Shown: one piece after another, positions 49,585-61,900 of the stretch
Layout: the number at the start of each line of letters is the position of its first letter
Position numbering within the stretch: position 1 is the first letter of the stretch
Assembly: GCF_006345805.1 (NCBI RefSeq)
Contig: NC_043024.1
Span: 11,470,001-11,534,000 of the forward strand
Source: Octopus sinensis
Lineage: Eukaryota
Length of the DNA stretch: 64,000 nt
Direction of reading: 5' to 3'
Notes under the pieces: model-generated
Told to the model about the DNA's origin: nothing
The model's database searches: none
What the model saw: only the letters and a program-made list of their open reading frames with translations
Translations under genes and position numbers: made by a program

Positions 49585-52500
49585 AATATATACATACACA
49601 CACATATATATACACATGTACATACACACATATGTATACACACACACATAAAGTGTCTTGCTCAAAAACACAACACACAGTCCAGTCTTTATTGCCCACA
49701 AGGGACTAAACATAGAGCGGACAAACAAGGACAAAGGGATTAAATTGATTACATCAACCCCAGTGCGTAACTGGTACTTAATTTATCGACAGAACCCAAA
49801 ACCCCGTGGTTGAGAACCTCTGCAACTCCATATATGGTCACACTTGTGCCTAAAAAATTTTTTGAAATAGAAATTGAAAGAAGCTGACCTTTGTCGCAGA
49901 CTTTTTGCTTGATTCTTCAAATTCGACCGATTTTTCGTCTGTGACCTTTTTAACCTCGACGGTCTTTTGGAAGAGAAAGAAAATAAAAATAATGAATAAA
50001 AATCAAAGGTGGGCCCCATAGTTAGTTAGTTAATTTTGGCTCAAACAGCAAAAAGCAAGGCCATGTAGGGGGACATGGAGTTATGTACAGGGTGGTGTTC
50101 ATGTAAAGAGTTCAGGCCACTTGTGGTCAAGGGAGACTTTGAACTGAGCGGTCATTGGCATCTTCACCATCTCGTCCGGCAGCTTATTCCACAGATCTGG
50201 AACCCAGACGGAGAAAGCCCCTCTCCTTCGATTGAGATGAAATCGTCGCAGATAGAGCTTTTCGGAGTGACCCCGCAGCCGACGCTCTGGAGCAGGAGTG
50301 AAGAACAGCTCTTTCGAGAGGTTACACTTTCCGCTTAGGATGTTGTGAGCAAGAATGAGATCACCACGGCATCGTCGTTTTTCTAGAGAATAAAGGTTGA
50401 GCGTCTTCAGCCTTTCTTCATAAGACAAATGCTTGAGACCAAGAACCATGCGGGTAGCCAGCTTCTGGACTCTTTCGAGATGCTGTATGTCGTTGAGGAG
50501 ATAAGGAGAAGAGGCTTGAATCCCGTACTCCAATATGGGTCTCACCAGCGTGACATAGAGCGGTAGGAATATGGCTGCTGTGAGCATTCCATAAAACCAG
50601 TGGCCATGAAGATGTGGAAGGGTCTTAATGGTCAGCCATGACATGCTTCTCGGTCATACTGGGACGAAGGGTCATTTTCCCCTGGGGTGGGTACATGGTC
50701 ATGTCTCCCCTGTGATGATATGCTATGAATAAACTTACCTGTTCAGGTAAACAAATGTTGATTGCTTGAGCTGTGAGACCAAGGTAATTCCTCCAGAAAG
50801 ATTCATCTGAGAAGTAAAATACATCATTTATTTATCAAATAAAGATGTTACTATATTTATATTGTGGATTTCAGGGTGGGTGGCAGGGTAGATAGCAGGG
50901 TGCATGGTTTTTAGGACAACTAGATGATGAGTCTGAGGTACCGTGTAACTAAGTGTTACAGTTCACTTAACTATATGTAAGTACCACAGGGTGGTACTAT
51001 CCGCTTACTAGTAAGTATATTATACCTACTTATGTTGGTACAATCCATCTAGCAGTAAATAGTCACTTATTTACTAATTATATTTACTAATTACCTATTT
51101 ATATAATTATAGGTAAGGTGGAAGTACAGTCCACCTCAGCTATAATAAGGTACGACAGTGGTACTAAGTCCACCTGGCTGTAGGTACCACTGTGATGGTA
51201 TAGTTCACCTGTGATGGTATAGGGTGGCGAGCTGGCAGAATCGTTAGCATGCTGGGTGACATGCTTAGCGGTATTTCATCTGCCGTTACGTTCTGAGTTC
51301 AAATTCTGCCGAGGTCGACTTTGCCTTTCATCCTTTCAGGGTCAAAAAATTAAGTACCAGTTACGCACTGGGGTCGATGTAATCGACTTAATCCGTTTGC
51401 CTGTCCTTGTTTGTCCTCTCTGTGTTTAGCCCCTTGTGGGTAGTGAAGAAATAGGTATAGTCCACCTGGAAGAATCATTAGTGCATCACACAAAGTGCTA
51501 AGCAGTATTTCATCTCTTTTCTCTTTTTACTTGTTTCAGTCATTTGACTGCGGCCATGCTGGAGCACTGCCTTTAGTCGAGCAACTTGACCCCAGGACTT
51601 ATTCTTTGTAAGCCCAGTACTTATTCTATCGGTCTCTTTTGCCGCACCGCTAAGTGACGGGGATGTCAACACACCAGCATCGGTTGTCAAGCGATGCCAG
51701 GGGGACAAACACAGACACACAAACACACACACGCATATATATATATACATATATACGACGGGCTTCTTTCAGTTTCTGTCTACCAAATCCACTCACAAGG
51801 CTTTGGTCGACCCGAGGCTATAGTAGAAGACACTTGCCCAAGGTGCCATGCAGTGGGACTGAACCCGGAACCATGTGGTTGGTAAGCAAGCTACTTACCA
51901 CACAGCCACTCCTGCGCCTATCAGCCATTGCATTCTGGTTTCAAATTCTACCAAAGTGAAATTTACCTCCCACCCTTTCATGATCAATAAAAATACGTAC
52001 CAGTTATGCACTGGGGTAAATGTAAATGATTAACCCCGTCCTACAAAATTTCAGACTTTGTGCTTATAGCAAAAAGTATAATTATTGTTATTATTGAGTG
52101 AGAGAGCAGCACATACCATGTAAGTGACACTGGGGTACAAATATACACAGCCCAGTACACCCATCATGATTACCCGTCTGATAAGGGTACACCAGGCACA
52201 TGCATCACAACCATATGTGCGCGACATGGTGATCTCATATCAAGATAAACAGCGTATGACCTTGCAGGTGGGGCCCAGTTAGAATTTTCTTCTAGTTGAG
52301 TAACCCATCCCACTCAAAAGGTTCCTGAATAAGGGTTGTTTAAGGATGTTGAAAGAACCACCCATGTTTCCAGAGGTGAATTATTCAAACCCCAAAGAAT
52401 CCCTCTCAACACATGGCTATGATGCTCCCCACTACTTCTGCTCGTGATCAGAGATGCACATATCGTCAGCCACTAAGGGACATGCTCAACTGGTTAAGGT

Positions 52501-55500
52501 CAAACAACTGACAAGCAAATCTGTGGTATTGAGCAGAATATTTGCTGTAGCCCATCTTTTATACCAAGACAAAACAATGTACATGATAACACTTCCAATC
52601 AGTTAAGATCAGAAGCCATGAGAGTCACTGCCTGGTACTGCATCAGGGCATTATTATTATTATTAAGGTGGGGAGCTGGCAGAATCATTAGCACCCGAAA
52701 AAAATGCTTTGAGAGATTCCTTTTGGCTTTATGTTCTGAATTCAAACTCCACCAAAGTCAATTTGCTTTTCATCCTTTCAGGGTCAATAAAATAAGTACC
52801 AGTTGCACACTGGGGTTCATGTAATTGACAAGCCTCCTCCCTCAAAATTTCAGGCCTTGGGCTTAGAGTAGAAAGTATTATCATTGTTGTTTTTATTATT
52901 ATTATTTACCTTTCATCCTTTCAGGTGAGATAGAGAGAGAGAACAGGAATGTAAAGCCAGAATATTGGGGCCGGTACCAGGGTGTAAGGATTAGAAATCC
53001 CTTGAGTTACTTACAGGCAGCAATGCTATAAGCCACTTTTGCCAAAGATTTATTCAGGTCCAACATATTCAAAGGTTTTGGTGCAACAATGAAGTTTTCT
53101 TTGTCCTGGAAAGAGAGAAACAGAACCATTGTGACACACAGACTACAACAACCAAGAATTCTGTAGATTTACAGAGACAAGGAAATGGTGCGTTGTGACA
53201 TGCATGCTTTTCTTGAAGATAACTTTCGGAAACATTTTTTCATGCTAAGAGTTGCTGAAGCATGGAACAAACTGCCAGCATCAGTTGTTAGTTGTCGGAG
53301 CACTGCATCCTTCAAAACTTCCATGCTTCCTGAGATTCGCCAACACTACACCTGATTTCCTCCCCTCCATACACACGCAAGCATGTATCTGACTCATACA
53401 CTGTTCACTTCCCAGACATTTGCACATTACTGCATATGCTTTATATGCACATTTGACAAGTTGTGGTGCACCTGAGCACTGTATACAATACCCTCCATTA
53501 GGCATTTGCCATATTCTGAACGCCTTACTTCCCTGGGCATGGACACATTGAAACTCCGAAATCTGGTAGCTGACTTGGCAAACACCCATAAAATTATTAA
53601 CCATCATACAAACAATAACTCTAAACACCTTTTCAAACTCCACCTGTCTAACACCCGTGGACATGTTTACAAAGTCAGAAAATAGCACAGCTCCCATGAC
53701 TTTCGGAAACATTTTTTCACACTAAGAGTTGCTGAAGCATGGAACAGACTGCTAGCATCAGTTGTTAGTTGTCGGAGCACTGCATCCTTCAAAACTTCCA
53801 TGCTTCCTGAGATTCGCCAACACTACACCTGATTTCCTCCCCTCCATATACACGCAAGCATGTATCTGACTCATACACTGTTCACTTCCCAGACATTTGC
53901 ACATTACTGCATATACTTTATATGCACATTTGACAAGTTGTGGTGCACCTGAGCACTGTATACAATACCCTCCATTAGGCATTTGCCATATTCTGAACGC
54001 CTTACTTCCCTGGGCATGGACACATTGAAACTCCGAAATCTGGTAGCTGACTTGGCAAACACCCATAAAATTATTAACCATCGTACAAACAATAACTCTA
54101 AACACCTTTTCAAACTCCACCTGTCTAACACACGTGGACATGTTTACAAAGTCAGAAAACAGCACAGCTCCTTCCATGACTTTCGGAAACATTTTTTCAC
54201 GCTAAGAGTTGTTGAAGTATGGAACAAACTGCCGGCATCAGTTGTTAGTTGTCGGAGCACTGCATCCTTCAAAACTTCCATGCTTCCTGAGATTCGCCAA
54301 CACTACACCTGATTTTCTCTCCTCCATACACACACAAGCATGTATCTGACTCGTACACTGTTCCCTTCCCAGACATTTGTACGTTACTGAATATGCTTTA
54401 TACGCACTTTCTGACAAGTTGTGGTGCACCTGAGCACTGTATACAATAATTTCATTATTATTATTTATAATAGATGCTATTTTAATTTTTTTCTTTCCTT
54501 TTTTATAATATGGAAGGAGGGATTTGGATGGAGAACATGATATACAGATATAATTAAATACTACAAGGTATTTTGTCAACAGATCCACTGGTTCTGCCGA
54601 ACCACCATGCTGAGATGAGTAATTTATAAGAATAATTTCTTACATAAATACAAAGTAATAAATTTGGGGGAGCGGGGAGGTGGATCTGTTGATTATATCA
54701 ATCAGTACTTGAATGACCCTTTATTTGATTGATCCTAAAAAGATGAAAGGGAATCATCATCATCATTGTTCGACTGTGGTCGAGACAATGGAATTTACCA
54801 TGCTACACCAGACTTCACGGTCCATCATAGCATTACGGAGGTCCTGTTGCTGGATGCCTGTATCCCTGGAGATTACATCAGGGTAGGAGAGTGTGCGCCC
54901 TCTGGTATTGCGAGTAGATGGCTTCCAGAGGAGAAGAGTAGAAATTAGCTCTTTTTCAGCTCTACAACAATGTCCAGCAAACTGGACTCTCCTACCTTTC
55001 CCAAGAGATGACACAGGTGGTAGTTTATCATATATTTGCATTTTGGTTGGATAACGCTTCCACGAGAGATTTTGAGCTCTTATGAAAGGGAATACTAACC
55101 TTGGTAAGATTTGAACTCAAAGCATAATGGCCCTAACGAAATACCACAAGATTTTTATTTTTCTAAAGCTTTAAGATTTTCCTAACCCACTGCAATAAGT
55201 TATTTAGCTTTAACTAGCAGTATCGCCCGGCGTTGCTCGGGTTTGTAAGGGAAATAACTAAAAAAATGATGGTAAATTTTTTTTTAAATCGTAGACTCAT
55301 CGTAGACATGCGCTAATACCCAGAAGGGCTCGATATGAATCATGACTATAAGATACCCGCTTTTGGTTACACTACACCGCAAAATGTGGGAGTAGTTAGG
55401 AATCTAAATCGTAGGAAACAGACACACAACTTAACTTTTATATATACTCTTTTACTCTTTTACTCTTTTACTTGTTTCAGTCATTTGACTGCGGCCATGC

Positions 55501-57534
55501 TGGAGCACCGCCTTTAGTCGGCATTGGTCGGCCCGGGGCTATAGCAGAAGACACTTGCCCAAGATGCCACGCAGTGGGACTGAACCCGGAACCATGTGGT
55601 TGGTTAGCAAGCTACTTACCACACAGCCACTCCTGCGCCTATGAAGATTTTATATATAGAGATAAGGCAAAAGTACAGAGAAAAACTGAAGAATACATAC
55701 GTAGATCTTTGTTGAGAAAATATGTTCATCTTCGTTACCAAACAGAGGTTTAAGACGTTTCTTTAGTGTTACAGAAGAGGCAGCAGTCAGAGGGGTAATA
55801 AATGGAGGAAAAACTTTTTGACAAGGACAGGGTTTCATTAAATAGTTTGCACTGTACCCCATGTTTACCATCAGCTGGAGGGATAAAGAAGAAACAAGGA
55901 GTTTGACAAGTTATTCAAATATTACAAAACACAATGATTGCATGGTTATTAAAACATTACAAGGTAAAAGGGTTGTATACTCTTTTACTCTGTTACTTGT
56001 TTCAGTCATTTGACTGTGTCCATGCTGGAGCACCGCCTTTAGTCGAGCAACTCGACCCCGGGACTTATTCTTTTTGTAAGCCCAGTACTTATTCTATCGG
56101 CCTCTTTTGCCGAACTGCTAAGTAACGGGGACATAAACACACCAGCATCGGTTGTCAAGCGATGCTAGGGGGACAAACACAGACACACAAACACACACGT
56201 GCATATATATATATATATATACGACGGGCTTCTTTCAGTTTCCATCTACCAAATCCACTCACAAGGCATTGGTCGGCCCGAGGCTATAGTAGAAGACACT
56301 TACCCAAGGTGCCACGCAGTGGGACTGAACCTGGAACCATGTGGTTGGTAAACAAGCTACTTACCACACAGCCACTCCTGCAGCTATATATGTATATATA
56401 TATATATATATATACATATATACGATAGGCTTCTTTCAGTTTCCGTCTACCAAATCCACTCACAAGGCTTTGGTCGGCCCGAGGCTATAGTAGAAGACAC
56501 TTGCCCAAGGTGCCACGCAGTGGGACTGAACCCGGAACCATGTGGTTGGTAAGCAAGCTACTTACCACACAGCCACTCCTGCGTATGGTTATTAAAATAT
56601 TACAAGGCACAATGGTTACATGGTTAAGAGGCTTGCTCCCCAACCATGTGGTCTTCAGTTCAGTCCTACTGCACAACACCTTGAGCAAGTGTTTTCTACT
56701 AAATCCCTAGAAGATATGCTAGTGAATTTGGTGGACAGAAACCGAAAGACGTCCACTGTACACACACACACACACACACACTTGTGTGTATGTGTCTAGA
56801 TCAGTGCTTTTCAACATTTTTGCTGGAGCGGAACCCCAAGGAAACATTCCACTGGCTCGAGGAATCCCTGTGCAATAATTTAATAGTCTTATGTACACGT
56901 ATCTGCACAAGAGAATTAAAAATTACTGCCAATTTTAGCAGTTTTGTAACTTCTTGCGGAACCTCTGGACTGTACTGGCGGAACCCTAAGGTTCCGCGGA
57001 ACCCTGGTTGAAAACCACTGGTCTAGATGGCTGTAAATGTGCTACCTCCTACAAACAGATTAGGTTCACAAGAGCACAAGGAAAAGAAGAGCTGCTCACG
57101 TCCAGAGCCATCATTTCTGCCTTCATTCCCAGCTGACCAAAAGCGCCCGACTTGTGGCAGAACCTTCCAAGCACACATTGGCCTAATTGGCCACAGTTGG
57201 GCACACTGTGACCCATTGTGTCCTCCCATGTGATGTCTTTGATCATCAACAATGACGGACAAACATTATTATTATCATTGTTATTCTTCTTCTTCTTCTT
57301 ATTATTATTATTATTATCACTATTATTATTATCATTATTATCCTTATCATTATCATAATTATTATTATCATTATTATTATTATCATTATTATCCTTATTA
57401 TTATCATAATTATTATCATTATTATTATTATCATTATTATTATTATTATTATTATCATCATTATTATCATTATTATTATTATTATCATTATTATTATTAT
57501 TATTATCATAATTATTATCATTATTATTATTATC

Positions 57535-57572
<38 letters not shown>

Positions 57573-58832
57573 CATTATTATCATTACTATTATCATTATC
57601 ATTACTATTATCATTATCATTTCTCTTATTATTATTATTATTATTATTATCATTACTATTATCATTATTATTATCATTTCTATTATTATTATTATTATTA
57701 TTATTATCATCATCATCATCATCATTATAATCATCATCATCATCATCATCATCATTATTATTAGGTGGCAAGCTGGCAGAATCGGTAGAACGCCGGGTGA
57801 AATGCTTAGCGGCATTCCATCCGTCTTCCCATTCTGAGTTCAAATTCTGCCAGGGTTGACTTTGACTTTCATCCTTTTGTGGGGTCAATAAAACAGATAC
57901 CAGTTAAATACCGGGGTTGATATAATCGACAAATACCCCTCCCCACAAATTTGAAGCCTTGTGCCTATTATTACCATTAACGTTATTATTAGGTCATTTA
58001 ATAACCCCATGATGATGATGATGACGGTGATGATGATGGGGAGGAGGATGAGGAGATGGAAAGAAAATTCAGCACTTTACCTGAGGAAAGAGTGTCTTCA
58101 AGACACTAATGATATCAATATCTACTGTAGGTTTGTCCGCAGATCTGAACAGGTGATATATCCTCCGCAAATAATGTGAAATCTGTAACAAACAATATTA
58201 TACTGTGTATAGGCATGTATACATATGTGTGTATGTGTATATGTGTGTGTATGTATGTGTGTGTGTGTGTGTGAGAGAGATACATCATCATTCAATAAAC
58301 TCGGAAAAAGAAAGAAAGAAAACTTATCAGCGGTGGTGCCCCAGCATGGCCGCGGCCTTCGGGCTAAAACATTTTTAAGGATTTTAATTTTTTTTTTAAG
58401 GACAGTATTTCAAATGTCTTGTGTTTTTTGTTTGTTCCTTCTCGAGCCATGCCTAGCTCATAAGGGCCGGTTTCCCGGTTTCCTTATGCGTATAGGTTCC
58501 CCACCTGGACGGGACGCCGGTCCGTCACAGGTGAGCTGCAAGATGCAGGAGGAAAGAGTGAGAGAAAGTTGTGGCGAAAGAGTCAGCAGAAGTTTGCCAT
58601 TGCCTTCTGCCGGAGCCACTTGGAGCTTAGGTGTCTCACTCATAAACTTACACATCGCCCGGTCGGAGATTTGAACTCGTGATCCCTCGACTGTGAGTCT
58701 GCTGCTCTAACCACAAGGCCATGTGCCTCCACAAATGTCTTGTGTCTTTAACAATCATTTTGTTCCACTATTTAATTAACTTGTATTTTTTAATATTGAG
58801 AGGCAAAGATAGATAGACAGATAGATAGAGAT

Positions 58833-58905
<73 letters not shown>

Positions 58906-61900
58906 AGCTACATGATTTTAAACATCATATAACAGAATATAGTGGCAGAAAATAAAAATAAAAGTTTAGTGTTAGGGTTAGGGTTAGGGTTTGGGTTTGG
59001 GGGGTTGGGGTTAGGGGTTAGGGGTTAGGGTTTAGGGGTTAGGGTTAGGGTTAGGGGTTAGGTTTAGGGTTAGGTTAGGGTTTAGGTTTAGGGTTTAGGT
59101 TTAGGGTTAGGGTTAGGGTTAGTTTAGTTGCTAGAAGCTTTAGTGTTCAACTCTTTCTATATCTTCAATCTGTTGATGTATATATGTGGATAGATAGATT
59201 TATAGACAGATAGAAGATAGATATATTGAAATATAATTAAATTAAAATGAAACAACCTCAGCAAATAGTTGTGGATGTTTACTTTTACCTTTTCATGTGT
59301 AGCAGTCCAAAAGCAGGGGCCATGTCTAGGATGAAGGAGGCAATGACAATGGTGGTGGTGATGGTGGTAACGACCATGGTAACAGAGATGATGATGATGG
59401 TAGTGGTGCTGGTGATAATGATGATGATGACGATGACGATGATGGTGATGGTGATGGCTTAACAGGTGTCAGATATGCTAATTACTCACCTCCTCCTTCC
59501 ACTCAGAAGTCTGTAGATATTCTGCAAATGGTGCCACAAGAAGTAGAATCTTCTGCAAATACTTCCAAAGGGAATTACTTTGGTGGTGGTGGTCATGAGG
59601 GGGGTAAATAAAAAAAGACAAAGAGAAACAAAAAAAAAAAAAGGAAGAGAGAGAATTATTAAATAAGTTGAGAATACGGAAGGTTACGGAAAATAAAGTC
59701 AGGATTTTACATTATTTACATTTGACGGATATTTGTCCTCATCTTGTTTGTTGTTAACACAACAGTTCGGCTGATATACCCTCCAGCCTTCATCAGGTGT
59801 CTTGGGGAAATTCTGAACCTGGGTTCTCATTCCTAAGGTATTTTTCGATGTTATTATTATTATTATTATTATTATTGAGTGAGAGAGCAGTTCATGCCAT
59901 CAAAGTGACACTGGGGTAAAATATATGAAGCCCAATATACCCATCATGACTACCTGTCTGATAAGGGTACACCAGCCATATGCGTCACAACCACGTGTGC
60001 GCGACATGGTGATCTCATATCAAGATAAACAGCGCATGACCTTGCAGGTTCTAACAGAGCATCCACATTTAAGTGGAGATAAATATTACATTTATGGAGA
60101 TGTACTTGCATAGCAAGTGACCTGATCAGACATTGTGTGCTGGAACGAAAACAATTGCAGCATGGAAGGTGTTTATAAGCCATTTAAGAAACACACAAAA
60201 ACCGTTAGATTCAGTTGAACATTTAAATTTAATTTGTCAAAATATTTTCGTCGCTTTGAGACCACAACCTGTTCACTGACAAAATTCTGTGCTGCAATTC
60301 AGTGAACAGGTTGTGGTCTCAAACCGACGAAAATATTTTGACAAATTAAATTTAAATCAACATCATCATCATCATCATCATCATCATCATTTAACGTCCG
60401 TTTTCCATGCTAGCATGGGTTGGACGGTTTTGACTGAGGGTTGGCAACCAGATGGCTGCACCAGGCCCCAGTCTTGATCTGGCAGAGTTTCTACAGATGG
60501 ATGCCCTTCCTAACACCAACCACTCCAAGAGTGTAGTGGGTGCTTTTTATGTGCCACCTTCACGGGGGCCAGTACTGGCAATGACCTCGCTCGAATCTTT
60601 TTACACGTGCCACCGACACAGGTGCCAGTGAAGCAACGTTGGAATGTCGAAGTGAATCTAACGGTTTTTTGAATATTACTTTTGTTATCATATTTCTGTT
60701 GAAATACACTGATTTTAACTAATTTTGAAATTAACGAAGAAAACCCCTTAAGTGTCAAGATCAGTTTACATAACAACTTGAAGGCAAGCTGCTCAAAATG
60801 ACAAATGTATAACAAACGGATGCACACACCCCCATGCTGGATGCAGCAATCGACACACTGGCTGGGGACAAAACCATGCCAGTGGTGTACGGCATTCAGG
60901 TCCCACAGACACACACACTGCTCATAATCTTTGGCCATGAAGCACACTGCTGTCGTATTTGACAGAATTATCTAAATGGGAAAGGGCAAAGGGTACATGA
61001 GTCTGTGGAATACTCGGCCGCTTGCTAATTCAATGAGTAATGACTTGTGATCAATGAGTAATGACTTGCGATCAATGAGTAATGATTTGCGATCAATGAG
61101 TAATGACTTGCGATCAATGAGTAATGACTTGCGATCAATGAGTAATGACTTGCGATCAATGAGTAATGACTTGCGATCAATGAGTAATGACTTGCAATCA
61201 ATGAGTAACGACTTGCGATCAATGAGTAACAACTTGCGATCAATGAGTAACAACTTGCGATCAATGAGTAACGAGTTGCGATCAATGAGTAATGACTTGC
61301 GATCAATGAGTAATGACTTGCGATCAATGAGTAATGACTTGCAATCAATGAGTAAGGACTTGCGATCAATGAGTAACGACTTGCGATCAATGAGTAATGA
61401 CTTGCGATCAATGAGTAACGACTTGCGATCAATGAGTAACGACTTGCGATCAATGAGTAACGACTTGCGATCAATGAGTAACGACTTGCAATCAATGAGT
61501 AATGACTTGCGATCAATGAGTAACGACTTATGATCAACACTGCCCAAAACCCCTGATCACTCACTTGTTCCCTTGTAAGCACCAAATGAACACCAAAACC
61601 AATTCTTTCTTCAGTTCTAGAACACTGCTATGGGGAAGTTCTCCATCCTCTTCAAGACACTGCAGCATCCTGACGTAAAAAAAGAAAGAAAACAGATGGG
61701 GTTAGTGTTACAGTTATCACAAGTAGTAGTAGTAGTAGTAGTAATAATAGTAGTAGTAGTAGTAGTAGTAGTAACAGTAGTAGTAGTAGTAGTAGTAATA
61801 GTAATAGTAGTAATAGTAATAGTAACAGTAGTAGTACTAGTAGTAGTAGTAGTAACATTAGTAGTAGTAATAGTAGTAGTAGTAATATAGTAGTAGTAGT

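Noticed and set aside
50930-51480. Recurrent GGTA(C/T)AGTCCACCTG motifs upstream of exon 7
   Set aside because: Only four or five degenerate copies, one explained by the TSD of the SINE-B insertion; looks like an old decayed minisatellite.
60510-60947. 145-aa minus-strand ORF with a cag acceptor near 60697
   Set aside because: No dynein similarity; overlaps repeat fragments; exons 2 and 3 join in phase without it.
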